Assembly (NCBI GenBank): GCA_031409275.1
Contig: JANNXA010000016.1
Location: forward strand, 1-64,000
Source: Planctomycetota bacterium
GTDB taxonomy: Bacteria; Planctomycetota; B15-G4; SIAN01
Direction: 5' to 3'
DNA length: 64,000 nt
Part shown: positions 47,232 through 56,769 of the stretch, piece by piece
Layout: every line of letters starts with the position of its first letter
Position numbering within the stretch: the stretch's first letter is position 1
Program-made: the position numbers and the translations under genes
Notes under the pieces: generated by a model
The model's input: only the letters and a program-made list of their open reading frames with translations
The model's database searches: none
What the model was told of the DNA's origin: nothing

Positions 47232-49370
47232 ATGACCCTGCGTCCACCCCGTTTCATCCGCGCGCTGTCGCTGCTCGCTCCGTTCGCGCTCGCCGCTTGC
47301 GGCGGAGGCGGCGGCGGGTCGCAAGCGGTGCGCAACGTCGCGCCGACGGTGACGCTGGCGCTGCAGGGGCCGTCCATGACGGACGCGGCGACGACGACGG
47401 TCCATGGCCTGGCGAGCAGCGCGGCGGGGATCGCCGAGGTGAGCGCCGGCGGCGTGCTGGCCGCGACCAGCGATGGCTTCGCGACGTTTGGCGTGCAACT
47501 GCCGCTCGTGTTGGGCGACAACGCCTTCAACGTCGTCGCGCGCGACCGGTCCGGCCGCACGAAGACGGTGGCGGTGCCGCCGATCCGGCGCGAGACACCG
47601 CTCTTGGCGGGGGTCAGCGCGAGCGCCATCGACCCGACCGGCAACTTCGGGCTCTCCGCTTCCAACAACCTTCCCAACGAGCTCTTCCTCGTCGACACGA
47701 CCACCGGCGCGCGCACTCGGCTCTCGGGTGCCTTGAACGGCGGCGGGTCATCGCTGCCGGTCACGTTCAGGGCCACGTTCACCGCCGACGGCAAGTCGAT
47801 CCTGCTTTCGACGTTCGGCAATTTCAGCGACGGACCGATCTTCGTCGTCGACACCTCGACCGGTGATCGGACCGCCCTGCCATTGACCGCTCGATTCGCC
47901 GGCGGACTGGCCCACGACCCCAAACGCAAGCTCGTGGTGTACACCACCGGCTCCAGCAAGACGCTGCGCATCGCGAAGCTCGACGGCAGCAGCGACGGGG
48001 TCTTCAGCGACGGCAACGACGGCAAGTCGCCGCCGATGTCGCAGCCAGCCGCCGTCGTGTACGACCCGACCGAGGACGACTACATCGTCGTCGATGAGTC
48101 CGCGACGAACCCTTCCGTGTTGCTGGTCTCCACGATCGACGGATCTCGCAAGCTCCTGTCCGACCTTGCCGACCCGGGAGCAGGGCCGACGGTGGCCTCC
48201 CCCGGCCCGATCGCCATCGACGACGCCAAGCGCGAGCTCTACCTGTTCGCCCAGAACTCGGGAGCGATCGTGCGCATCGACCTGAACAGCGGCACGCGGA
48301 CGATCGCCCTCGCCGCCGATCCCAACCTCGGACCACTCCCGGCCTTGGCCGGGGCGCTCAGCCTCGAGCCGAACAGCGGCCATCTCTTCGTGCCAGAAGG
48401 TCGGCGCTGGATCGAGTACGACCTCGCCGCGCAGCGGCGCACCAGTTTCGCCGACGCGATCGTCGGAAGCGGCACGCCGCTCTTCTTCGATCCCTTCGAC
48501 CCCGACCCCGCCCTTTTCACGACGCCCGATCGGTCACGTCGACGCTTGCTGTTGCATGCCGCGAACCGCGGGATCGACGCGCTCGATCTCGCCACCGGCG
48601 TTCGCGCTCCCCTCGTCGATGGAAGCTCGTCGGCGATCGAGTTCGGCGACGTCGAGGTGGGCGCCGACCTCGATCAACTGCTGGTCATCGATGAAGCGCT
48701 GCCCGGCATCCAGCGCCTCGATGCGAAGACGCTCGCCGCGACGCTGGTCAGCGACGACACCCGCGGAAGCGGGCCGAACTTCGGCGTCGGCACCTCCGCT
48801 CCAACGCAGCTCGCCGTCGATGCAGCCGGAGGCCGCTGCTTCGTGATGGACACGTCGAACCGGCGCCTGCTCGCCGTCGATCTCGCCACCGGCAATCGCG
48901 GCGTGCTCGCAGAGGTTGGCGACGGCAAGCCGACGTTCATCACCTTCCTGTTCGGAATCGCGTACGACTCGTTGACCGCCCGGCTCCTCGCCATCGACAA
49001 CAACCAACCTGGCGTCGTCGTGATCGACCCGGACACCGGCGCGCGCACCCTCTTCGCCAACGTTCCCAACGCCTCGATGCCGGACGTGCCGAAGGGCCTC
49101 TGCTGCATCGACGAGGCGTCGCACGCCCTTCTGGTGGCGCAACGCGACTTCGGTGGCACCCAGTCGCTGATTCGCGTCGACCTCGACGATGCGACGCGCA
49201 GCACGATCTCGTCATCGATCCTGGACATCGGAACCGGGCCCGCCATACGCTCCCTTCGCTCGCTCAGCTGCGACGGCTCAACGGGCCGCGCCTTCGGATT
49301 CGAAACCAGCCTGCTGGCGCTGTTCCAGATCGACCTCGAGAGCGGCGACCGCGTGCTGATCGCGAAGTGA
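47232..49370 (+). CDS. Lipoprotein with Ig-like N-terminal domain and beta-propeller repeats (paralog A)
   Basis: Lipobox LAAC then GGGGGGS; LVLGDN Ig-like motif; recurring D..TG.R..LS / GSGP repeats. Confidence 0.8.
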   Translation: MTLRPPRFIRALSLLAPFALAACGGGGGGSQAVRNVAPTVTLALQGPSMTDAATTTVHGLASSAAGIAEVSAGGVLAATSDGFATFGVQLPLVLGDNAFNVVARDRSGRTKTVAVPPIRRETPLLAGVSASAIDPTGNFGLSASNNLPNELFLVDTTTGARTRLSGALNGGGSSLPVTFRATFTADGKSILLSTFGNFSDGPIFVVDTSTGDRTALPLTARFAGGLAHDPKRKLVVYTTGSSKTLRIAKLDGSSDGVFSDGNDGKSPPMSQPAAVVYDPTEDDYIVVDESATNPSVLLVSTIDGSRKLLSDLADPGAGPTVASPGPIAIDDAKRELYLFAQNSGAIVRIDLNSGTRTIALAADPNLGPLPALAGALSLEPNSGHLFVPEGRRWIEYDLAAQRRTSFADAIVGSGTPLFFDPFDPDPALFTTPDRSRRRLLLHAANRGIDALDLATGVRAPLVDGSSSAIEFGDVEVGADLDQLLVIDEALPGIQRLDAKTLAATLVSDDTRGSGPNFGVGTSAPTQLAVDAAGGRCFVMDTSNRRLLAVDLATGNRGVLAEVGDGKPTFITFLFGIAYDSLTARLLAIDNNQPGVVVIDPDTGARTLFANVPNASMPDVPKGLCCIDEASHALLVAQRDFGGTQSLIRVDLDDATRSTISSSILDIGTGPAIRSLRSLSCDGSTGRAFGFETSLLALFQIDLESGDRVLIAK

Positions 49371-49767
49371 CACCCCACGACCGACGATTTCGGAGAGCCT
49401 CCGTGCCCCAGCATCCGCCTCGTTTCATTCGCGCGCTGTCGCTGCTCGCTCCGTTCGCGTTCGCTGCTTGCGGCGGAGGCGGCGGCGGGTCGCAAGCGGT
49501 GCGCAACGTCGCGCCGACGGTGACGCTGGCGCTGCAGGGGCCGTCCATGACGGACGCAGCGACGACGACGGTCCATGGCCTGGCCAGCAGCGCGGCGGGG
49601 ATCGCCGAGGTGAGCGCGGGCGGCGTGCTCGCCGCGACCAGCGATGGCTTCGCGACGTTTGGCGTGCAACTGCCGCTCGTGTTGGGCGACAACGCCTTCA
49701 ACGTCGTCGCGCGCGACCGGTCCGGCCGCACGAAGACGGTGGCGGTGCCGCCGATCCGGCGCGAGAC
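47250..49767 (+). repeat. ~350-bp near-identical direct repeat (47250-47596 and 49421-49767) at the 5' ends of the two paralogs
   Basis: Constant 2171-bp offset, with only a few mostly synonymous differences by eye. Confidence 0.9.
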
Positions 49768-51550
49768 GCCGCTGCTGCGAACGTTCAGAGCGAGCGCCAT
49801 CGACCCGACCGGCGGGCACGGACTCGTCGCTTGCAACCGAACCCCAAGTGAAGTCCTGCTCGTCGACACCACTAGGGGCGCACGCACCCTGATCTCAGGT
49901 CCTGGGAACGGCAACGGCACGTTGCTCGGCGATCCGCTCGATGCCGCCTTCACTGCCGACGGCAACTCGATCCTGGTGTCGACCATCAATCCAGTCGCGA
50001 TGTTCCTGGTGGACGCGGCCAGCGGCGATCGCACGGTCCTTCCGCAGACGGCGAGCTTTGTTGGCGGAATCACCCACGACCCCAAGCGCAAGCGCGCGGT
50101 CTACACCAACAATTTCTTCGCCAAGGCGTTGCGTGCCGTGCCCCTCGCCGGCGGCAGCGACACCGTCCTCAGCGACGGCAACGACGGCAAGTCTCCGCCG
50201 ATGTCGGTGCCGAGTGGCGTGGTGTATGACCCGACGGACGATGACTACCTCGTCGTCGATGCGGACACGAGCGCGCCGACGCTGCTGCTGGTGTCGACGA
50301 TCGACGGCTCGCGCAAGATCCTCTCCGACCTCGTGGATGGCACGGTCGGGCCGACGGTCGCGAAACCGGGGCCGATCGCACTCGACGACGCCAAGCGAGA
50401 GCTCTACTTGTTCGCGCAGACCACGGGCGAGATCGTGCGCATCGACTTGAACAGCGGCACACGGACGCTCGCGCTCGCGGCCGATCCGGCCCTTGGACCG
50501 CTGATCACCTCCGCGGAGACGCTCAGCCTCGACCCGAATAGCGGCCACCTGCTGGCGGCGGACGGCAACTCCGACCATTGGATCGAGTACGACCTCGCCG
50601 CGCAGCGGCGCACCACTTTCGGCGAAGTGACCGTTGGCAGTGGCGACCCGCTCTTCAGCTCCTCGGCCTTTTTCGAGACCCGAGCCTTCGCGACGCCTGA
50701 CCTGACGCGCGGGCGCCTGCTCCTGGCGGCGGAGGATTTCGGTCTCGACGCCCTCGACCTCGCCACCGGCGCTCGCACCCACCTCATCGCGGGAAGCGCG
50801 ACCGCCATCGACTTCCAGAACGTCGCCATCGGCGCGAACGCGAATGAGCTGCTGGTCGCCGATACCGCCCTGCCAGGCATCCAGCGCCTCGACGCGACGA
50901 CGCTCGCCGTGACGCTGGTCAGCAGCAGCACGCGCGGCAGCGGCCCGAACTTCATTTTGGGCACCAGCGGTCCGACGCAGATCGTCGTCGACGCCTCGGG
51001 CGGACGCGGCTTCGTGCTCGACGCGAACGAATCGCGCCTGCTCGCCCTCGACCTCGCGACCGGCGATCGCACCGTCCTGGCGCAGAACGGCGACGGCAAG
51101 CCGGTCCCTCTGTCGTTCCTGCTCGGGATGGCTTTCGACGCCTCGACCAATCGCATCCTCGCCATCGACGCTGTCCAGCCCGGTGTCGTGGTCATCGACG
51201 CAGCGACCGGCGATCGCTCCCTCTTCGCGAACGTGAGCGTCAGCGGAATGTTCGACGTGCCGAAGGGCCTCTGCTGCATCGACGACGCGTCGCGCGCGCT
51301 GCTGGTCGTCGGATCGGTTGCGGGCGCTGGTGGCGTGGTGAACGACGTGATCCGCGTCGACCTCGACGACGCCTCGCGCCAGTTGATCTCGTCGTCCGCA
51401 TCCGGGATCGGCACGGGGCCCGCGCTATTCGAAGTGACCGCGATCAGCTGCGACGGGGCCGCTGGACGCGCCTTCGCCGTCGACGCGAAACTGGACGCGC
51501 TGTTCCAGATCGACCTCGCGAGCGGCGACCGCGTGCTGATCGCGAAGTAG
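49403..51550 (+). CDS. Lipoprotein with Ig-like N-terminal domain and beta-propeller repeats (paralog B)
   Basis: FAAC lipobox; collinear with paralog A; start at GTG 49403 (GGAG upstream) or GTG 49367. Confidence 0.8.
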   Translation: MPQHPPRFIRALSLLAPFAFAACGGGGGGSQAVRNVAPTVTLALQGPSMTDAATTTVHGLASSAAGIAEVSAGGVLAATSDGFATFGVQLPLVLGDNAFNVVARDRSGRTKTVAVPPIRRETPLLRTFRASAIDPTGGHGLVACNRTPSEVLLVDTTRGARTLISGPGNGNGTLLGDPLDAAFTADGNSILVSTINPVAMFLVDAASGDRTVLPQTASFVGGITHDPKRKRAVYTNNFFAKALRAVPLAGGSDTVLSDGNDGKSPPMSVPSGVVYDPTDDDYLVVDADTSAPTLLLVSTIDGSRKILSDLVDGTVGPTVAKPGPIALDDAKRELYLFAQTTGEIVRIDLNSGTRTLALAADPALGPLITSAETLSLDPNSGHLLAADGNSDHWIEYDLAAQRRTTFGEVTVGSGDPLFSSSAFFETRAFATPDLTRGRLLLAAEDFGLDALDLATGARTHLIAGSATAIDFQNVAIGANANELLVADTALPGIQRLDATTLAVTLVSSSTRGSGPNFILGTSGPTQIVVDASGGRGFVLDANESRLLALDLATGDRTVLAQNGDGKPVPLSFLLGMAFDASTNRILAIDAVQPGVVVIDAATGDRSLFANVSVSGMFDVPKGLCCIDDASRALLVVGSVAGAGGVVNDVIRVDLDDASRQLISSSASGIGTGPALFEVTAISCDGAAGRAFAVDAKLDALFQIDLASGDRVLIAK

Positions 51551-51558
51551 GGCGAGGA

Positions 51559-51870
51559 TCAGAAGAGGATCGAGAGCGCCATCGAGGCCCCGTTCGCGGC
51601 CAGCGACCAGAGCAGCGCGCGAGTGGCGCCCGGCTTCAGCAGCGCGGCGTAGAGCAACGCTTCGGCCAGCACCACCGTGGCCTCCACCGCGACGAACGAC
51701 GGCACGCTTCCCGTGTAGGCGAGGTTGGCGAGCGGATGGGTGAAGAGGTTGGCGAAGAGGCTCGCCACCAGCAGCGGACGCGCCGGCGTGCGCGCAGTGC
51801 GGGCCAGCAACGCAAGGACGAGCGCCTCGACGCCGACGGTCAAAGCCAGCGCCAGCAGGTAGCGCATCAT
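51559..51870 (-). CDS. Small integral membrane protein (~4 TM; NLFTHP, VE...E, AN motifs)
   Basis: 103 aa: LALTVGVEA...ANLFTHPL...VEATVVLAEALLY...LAANGAS; ATGA overlap with the upstream gene. Confidence 0.75.
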   Translation of the reverse strand: MMRYLLALALTVGVEALVLALLARTARTPARPLLVASLFANLFTHPLANLAYTGSVPSFVAVEATVVLAEALLYAALLKPGATRALLWSLAANGASMALSILF

Positions 51871-52847
51871 GCGGGCGAAGGCGTCGGCAGCGGAGCGCGA
51901 GCGGCGCCCACGACGACGGCCAGGAACAGCGGCCACTCGACGTAGGCGTGGACGACGGCTGCAATCGCGTAGACGCGGCGAGCTTCGACGAACGATTGCC
52001 CAAACATCACCAGCAGCGCGAGGCCGACGACGACGGCCAGCGCGCCGCCGAACGCGACGCGACGAGGCACCGTCGAGGAAGCGCTCCTCGGCGCCGAAGC
52101 CGACGCGGCCGGACTCGCGAGACGCGGCAGCACGTGCAGCACCGTGAAGTAGTGGGAGCACTGCAGGTAGACCGCGGCGGTGAAGAGGCGTGGCGCGAAC
52201 TCCTCGGCGAGCCACGCCGGTGGCAGAAAGGCGCTGAAGTGGTCGTCCACCTCGCCGATGGCGAGGAACGCGCCGTCGCTCGACGGGATCGAGAGGATCT
52301 CGAGCAGCCGATCGCCGCCGCCCGCCAGCAACAGCAGCGGCACCCCGACGAAGGCGAGCAGCGCCAGAGCGAGCGTCGCTCGACGCGCGCCGCCGCGCAG
52401 TCGCTCGGCGAGGAATCCCAACGGCGTCAAGTTGTGCGCGAAGGCCAGCAGCGCGAGCGTGGCCGCCGGCGGTGCGACGAGGCCGAAACCGACGACGAGC
52501 GCCGTGCACGCGAGCGCCGCCACCCGCCGCTGCGCCGGCGCGGCGAATGCGGTGACGAGGAGGAGCGCCGCCAGCAGCGAGAGTTCCAGCGCGCCGCGAT
52601 CGAACGGCAGCGCGACGTGCAGCAAGGCGCTGATGCGCGCCGCCACCAGCAATGCCAGCAGCGCGAGCCACGCGACGACGAGGCGCGGATCGAGACGCGC
52701 GTCGAAGCGCGAGCGCACGTAGCGCAACTCGACCACGACATGCGCGAACCCGAACAGCGCCAGGGTCGCCGCATAGACCACCAGCGGCGCCGCGGCGACG
52801 ACCATCGCCGTGGTCAACGCCAGCGCGAGCAGCGCGATCGCCGCCAT
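51867..52847 (-). CDS. Polytopic membrane protein with four His motifs, function unknown
   Basis: FGFAHVVVELRY, AHNLTP, QCSHY, VHAYVEWP within hydrophobic helices. Confidence 0.75.
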   Translation of the reverse strand: MAAIALLALALTTAMVVAAAPLVVYAATLALFGFAHVVVELRYVRSRFDARLDPRLVVAWLALLALLVAARISALLHVALPFDRGALELSLLAALLLVTAFAAPAQRRVAALACTALVVGFGLVAPPAATLALLAFAHNLTPLGFLAERLRGGARRATLALALLAFVGVPLLLLAGGGDRLLEILSIPSSDGAFLAIGEVDDHFSAFLPPAWLAEEFAPRLFTAAVYLQCSHYFTVLHVLPRLASPAASASAPRSASSTVPRRVAFGGALAVVVGLALLVMFGQSFVEARRVYAIAAVVHAYVEWPLFLAVVVGAARAPLPTPSPA

Positions 52848-52854
52848 CGCTCGA

Positions 52855-53700
52855 TCACGCGACCGCAGGGGCTCGCCGCCGCAGCGCGAGCAGCCCCACC
52901 GCCCCGATCAGCGACAGGGCGAGCAGCGCGACGGCGCGGGCGGCTCCCGGCCCGCCGCCGGCGTCGCCACCAAGCCACCCTCCGACGACGGGCTTGCCCT
53001 TCTCGTCGAAGCGCTCCTGCTTGCCGGCGACCACCTGCCAGCGCTTCGCACCTTTCGCAGAGGCGTCGACTTCGCGCAGCTCGAGCGTCGTCGTGATCGT
53101 CTCGGCAGCCGAACTCGCCTCGATCGCGTCATGCGTGCGAACGCTCGGCGTGAGGCAGAGCCACGGCAGCGCCGCAGCCCAGCCTTCGGGCTGCCGCTGC
53201 TTGCCATCCGTCTCACGGAGATGGGCAAAGTCAGCGGCGTGCGCGGCATCGACCGCGACCACGTAGTAGCCGCGGCGCGGCGCGCGGAACTCCACGCCAG
53301 GGAAGACCCGATCGGCCTCCGCGAGGGTGTCGTAGCCGGAGCCGACGTAGAAGTGCCAGCCGATCGCCTCGCTCGAGCCGGCGATGGGCGCCTTCTTCGG
53401 CGCCAGCACCAGTGTCGCGCCGACCTTGAGCTTCTCTGGCACGAGGCCTTCGTTGCAGCGCAGCAGGTCGGCGACGCGGGTCGGGTCGCCGTAGACCTCA
53501 CGCGCGATCTTCTCCAGCGTGTCGCCCTCGCGAATGAGGCGCGAGTGCTCGCAGTAGTCGTCAAAGCGACCCGCGTCGATCACCGCCTGGTTCCGGACGA
53601 ACTTCGTCCCCGGCGCAATGAGGTCGGCGGCCGCCGGAGGAGCCGCCGCGACCGACGCCACCACCACCGCCATCGCCGCGAACCAACCCTGCATCGCCAT
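52855..53700 (-). CDS. Secreted LysM-domain protein with C-terminal TM helix and basic tail
   Basis: SD GAGGAG; signal peptide ...PPAAA|DLIAPG; IREGDTLEKIAREVYGD...LLRCN...LKVGATLVL (LysM); Gly-rich linker, hydrophobic helix, RRR. Confidence 0.82.
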   Translation of the reverse strand: MAMQGWFAAMAVVVASVAAAPPAAADLIAPGTKFVRNQAVIDAGRFDDYCEHSRLIREGDTLEKIAREVYGDPTRVADLLRCNEGLVPEKLKVGATLVLAPKKAPIAGSSEAIGWHFYVGSGYDTLAEADRVFPGVEFRAPRRGYYVVAVDAAHAADFAHLRETDGKQRQPEGWAAALPWLCLTPSVRTHDAIEASSAAETITTTLELREVDASAKGAKRWQVVAGKQERFDEKGKPVVGGWLGGDAGGGPGAARAVALLALSLIGAVGLLALRRRAPAVA

Positions 53701-53754
53701 CACCCAGCTCCTCGTCGTACCGCCCGCCGTCGCGCGAACGCTACCGCGCCTCAC

Positions 53755-53782
53755 TCCGACCGCGCGGCCGCGCCGAGGTTCC
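53755..53782 (-). promoter_or_regulatory. Possible ECF-type promoter (GGAACC-N16-GTCGGA) upstream of the LysM operon
   Basis: Minus strand GGAACC tcggcgcggccgcgcg GTCGGA, ending ~55 bp before the ATG; resembles sigmaE-like consensus; could be chance. Confidence 0.3.
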
Positions 53783-53983
53783 CGCCCCGGGAGTTACCCG
53801 GAATGAGCCGCGGCGCGCGCGGTTCCGGCGGATGGAGGTACTCCGCCCCCTCGTCGCTCCGTCGTCGTTCGCTGGACGCTGGCGGCGGGCGCACTCGGTT
53901 CCGCGACGGGCGGCGGCAGCAGCAGCAGCACGCGTCAACTCGAACGGCTCGTGATCGCGAAGTGAGCGACGCCGCCGCCCCGC

Positions 53984-55642
53984 TCACATCCCGCGATACT
54001 TCGGCCCGCTGCCGCCTTCGCGCGGCGTCCAACGCGGGCCGATCACGTCGGTCGCCTTGCAGTCGATGCAGTTCGGGGCGTTGACGCGCAGCTTGCCGTC
54101 GACCACCTCGTAGACGCCGGCGGGACACATCGCGGCGTAGAGCTTCGCGACTTCGGTCGGCACCTCGGCGTTCGAGATCAAGTGCGACGGGATCGAGTCG
54201 CGCGTCTGGTTGCCCGACTTGAAGACCGCATCGACCTTGCTGAAGGTCAGCTTGCCGTCGGGCACGAACGACGCCGGCGGCGTGATCTCCTTGCCCTCGG
54301 CCGCATCCTCCTCGACGTGCTGATGGCCGCCGAAGAGCGCCCCTCCCGTCGCGGTCATCACCGCGGCCTTGAAGCCGCCGACGTAGAAGCCGCTCTTGAA
54401 GGCCAACCGCATGTTGCGCGTGCGATGGAGGTCCTTGACGATCACCGATTCGTTGACCAGGCGGTCGTAGTCGCGCAGCGCGTCGTAGCTGACGTCGTCC
54501 TTCCGCAGCGCCGCGAAGATCGCGCGCGCGGCGAAGATGCCGCTCCACATCGCATAGTGGATTCCCTTCAGCGTCGGCACGTCGACGAAGCCGGCCGCAT
54601 CGCCCAGCACCACCAAACCGTCGCTGCAGCGTCGTTCCGGCAACGACCAGTAGCCGCCCTCGGGGATCGTCTTCGCCCCCCACTCGACCAGCTCGCCGCC
54701 GTCCAGCAGCTGCTTGAACAACGGGTGCAGCTTCAGCCGCTGCAGCAGCGCGTGGACGTCAAGCCCGCTTTGCCGCCAGTCCATGCCGACCACGAGACCC
54801 AGTGCGACGAGGTTCTTCCCCTGCGGATAGGCGAAGCTGCCGCCGAACGCGTCCTTGGGCAGCGGCCACCCCATCGTGTGGATCACGGTGTCGAGCGGGA
54901 CCTTGGTCTCCCACAGCTCCTTCACGCCGAGCGCGTAGATCTGCGGGTTCTTGCTCTGCACCTGCTGCCACTGCATCCACGCCTGCGTCAGCAGCCCGCG
55001 CGTGCCCTCCGACAGCACGGTGACGCGCGCCTCGATGTCGGTCGCGGGGCTCGCGTTGGCGCCCGCGCTGCCGTCACGCTCGAGGCCGCTTGGCGTCGTG
55101 CGCACGCCGACGACCTTCGGGCCGTCGACGCGCAACCCCGCCGCCGGGAAGCCGGTGAAGAGGTTGACGCCAGCCGCCTCCGCCTTCGCCCCGAGCCAGC
55201 GCACCATCTCGCTGATCGAGGCCGCGAAGTTGCCGTGGTTCTTCATCGTGGGCGGCGTCGGCAACTTGGTCTGCCCGTTCTCGGAGAGGAGGTAGACCGC
55301 CTCATCGTTGACCGGAACCTTGAACGGGAACTCGGCGTCGCTCATCCCCGGGAAGAGCTCGCGAAAGGCCGACGGGTTCACCACCGAGCCCGACAGGTTG
55401 TGCTCGCCGAGCGCCTCGGCCTTCTCCAGCACGCCGACTTCGAGGTCGGCCACCGATTCGCCGCGCGCCTTGGCCGCCGCCACCAGCCGCTTCAACTCGA
55501 TCGCGCCCGCCAGGCCACCCGGCCCCGCGCCCACGAAGACCACATCGAGCGGCACCGAGTTGTCGCCCGCGGGCCCCTTCACGATCAGCGAATCGTGCGG
55601 CAGCGACGGCTGGAAGCGCTTCGGGATCAGCGGAGAAGTCAT
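53984..55642 (-). CDS. Electron transfer flavoprotein:quinone oxidoreductase (ETF-QO)
   Basis: DVVFVGAGPGGL, VLEK, LSG.V, YALGVKELW, WGAKTIPEGGY, GDAAG...KGIH.AM.SG, CPAGVYE...NC..C. Confidence 0.92.
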   Translation of the reverse strand: MTSPLIPKRFQPSLPHDSLIVKGPAGDNSVPLDVVFVGAGPGGLAGAIELKRLVAAAKARGESVADLEVGVLEKAEALGEHNLSGSVVNPSAFRELFPGMSDAEFPFKVPVNDEAVYLLSENGQTKLPTPPTMKNHGNFAASISEMVRWLGAKAEAAGVNLFTGFPAAGLRVDGPKVVGVRTTPSGLERDGSAGANASPATDIEARVTVLSEGTRGLLTQAWMQWQQVQSKNPQIYALGVKELWETKVPLDTVIHTMGWPLPKDAFGGSFAYPQGKNLVALGLVVGMDWRQSGLDVHALLQRLKLHPLFKQLLDGGELVEWGAKTIPEGGYWSLPERRCSDGLVVLGDAAGFVDVPTLKGIHYAMWSGIFAARAIFAALRKDDVSYDALRDYDRLVNESVIVKDLHRTRNMRLAFKSGFYVGGFKAAVMTATGGALFGGHQHVEEDAAEGKEITPPASFVPDGKLTFSKVDAVFKSGNQTRDSIPSHLISNAEVPTEVAKLYAAMCPAGVYEVVDGKLRVNAPNCIDCKATDVIGPRWTPREGGSGPKYRGM

Positions 55643-55743
55643 GGAAGGCGCATGTCCTCGCAGGGCGGCCCGCCGCATCGCGTCGCGACGCAGGCGAAAG
55701 AGGGGCGCGAGGATAGCGCCGCTCGCCGCAGCGGTTGGCGGCG

Positions 55744-56769
55744 TCAGCCCCCCTGCTTCCCTCCGCCCTCGAGCTGCGCCTTGATCAAGCCGAGCAGCCG
55801 CTCCTCTTCGAGCTTGTCCTCCTCGATGCGCAGCTCCTGCGACTTCTTGATCGAGCGCGCGGCGGCCTCGCTCCTGCCGAGCGCGCGCTGGGCGCGGGCG
55901 AGCCAGCGCCACGCTTCGCGGCTGGTGGGACGCTCGTCGGTCGCCTGGGTCATGAGCGGCAGCGCTTCGGCGGAACGGTCGCGCTCGACCAGGAACATCC
56001 CGAGATGCAACGCGGCCTGGAAGCGCGCGAGCTTCGAGCCCTGCGTCAACGCCGGGCGCAGCACCTTCTCCGCCGCCTCGTCCTTGCCCTGGCGCGCCAG
56101 CACGTCACCGAGGCGCCAGAGCGCGTCCTCGTGGCCCTTCAGCTTGACCGCGTTCGCGAACTCGCGCTCCGCCGCCGCGTAGTCGCGCAGGTTGGTGTGG
56201 TTCTCGCCGGACGTGAAATGGCACAGGCCGTTGTCAGGCGCGAGCTCGAGCGAGCGCTCGTAGGCAGCGCGCGCCTCGAGGTACTTCTTCTGCTGGCCGC
56301 GCGCGACGCCCAGCCCGAACCACAGCTGCGCCTCGTTGGGGAAGCGATCGCAGCCCGCGCGGAAGACCGCCTCCGCCTCGACCACCTTGCCGCTCATCGT
56401 CAGCGATGAGCCGAACAGGTTGATGACGTCGAGCGTGCCGGGCTTCAGCTCGCAAGCGCGGCGCGCGAAGGGCTCGGCGCCGACGAAGTCGGATCGAACT
56501 TCCGCGAGCCAACGCGCCATCGTCTTGGCCAGCTCGAAGTTGGCGGGGTCGGCGGCGAGCACTTCCGCCATCGCCGCGCGCGCCGCCACGAAGTCGCCAG
56601 CGAGGTGGAGCTTCTGCGCCGCCTCCCAGCGCGCGAAGAGCGCGGCGTTGTCGGGCGCAGCCGGCGCGGCCTGCGGCGCGGCCTGCGGCGTGGCCGGCGC
56701 GGGTGCCGGCGGCGGAACCGACGGCGCGTCCTGCAGCATCACGAAGGCAAGCCACCACGTGCTGCTCAT
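55744..56769 (-). CDS. TPR repeat protein, probably exported
   Basis: Several TPR-like helical repeats; ATGA overlap with the ASPIC/UnbV gene. Confidence 0.85.
   Translation of the reverse strand: MSSTWWLAFVMLQDAPSVPPPAPAPATPQAAPQAAPAAPDNAALFARWEAAQKLHLAGDFVAARAAMAEVLAADPANFELAKTMARWLAEVRSDFVGAEPFARRACELKPGTLDVINLFGSSLTMSGKVVEAEAVFRAGCDRFPNEAQLWFGLGVARGQQKKYLEARAAYERSLELAPDNGLCHFTSGENHTNLRDYAAAEREFANAVKLKGHEDALWRLGDVLARQGKDEAAEKVLRPALTQGSKLARFQAALHLGMFLVERDRSAEALPLMTQATDERPTSREAWRWLARAQRALGRSEAAARSIKKSQELRIEEDKLEEERLLGLIKAQLEGGGKQGG

Noticed and set aside
47250..49767. Diversity-generating retroelement TR/VR pair
   Set aside because: Differences are few, mostly synonymous and not adenine-specific; the repeat is N-terminal and no reverse transcriptase is present.
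53751..53983. CCCCC-containing reading frame suggesting a Cys-rich peptide
   Set aside because: It arises from a short GCA/CTG triplet run in an alternative frame of an intergenic region; no credible start or SD.
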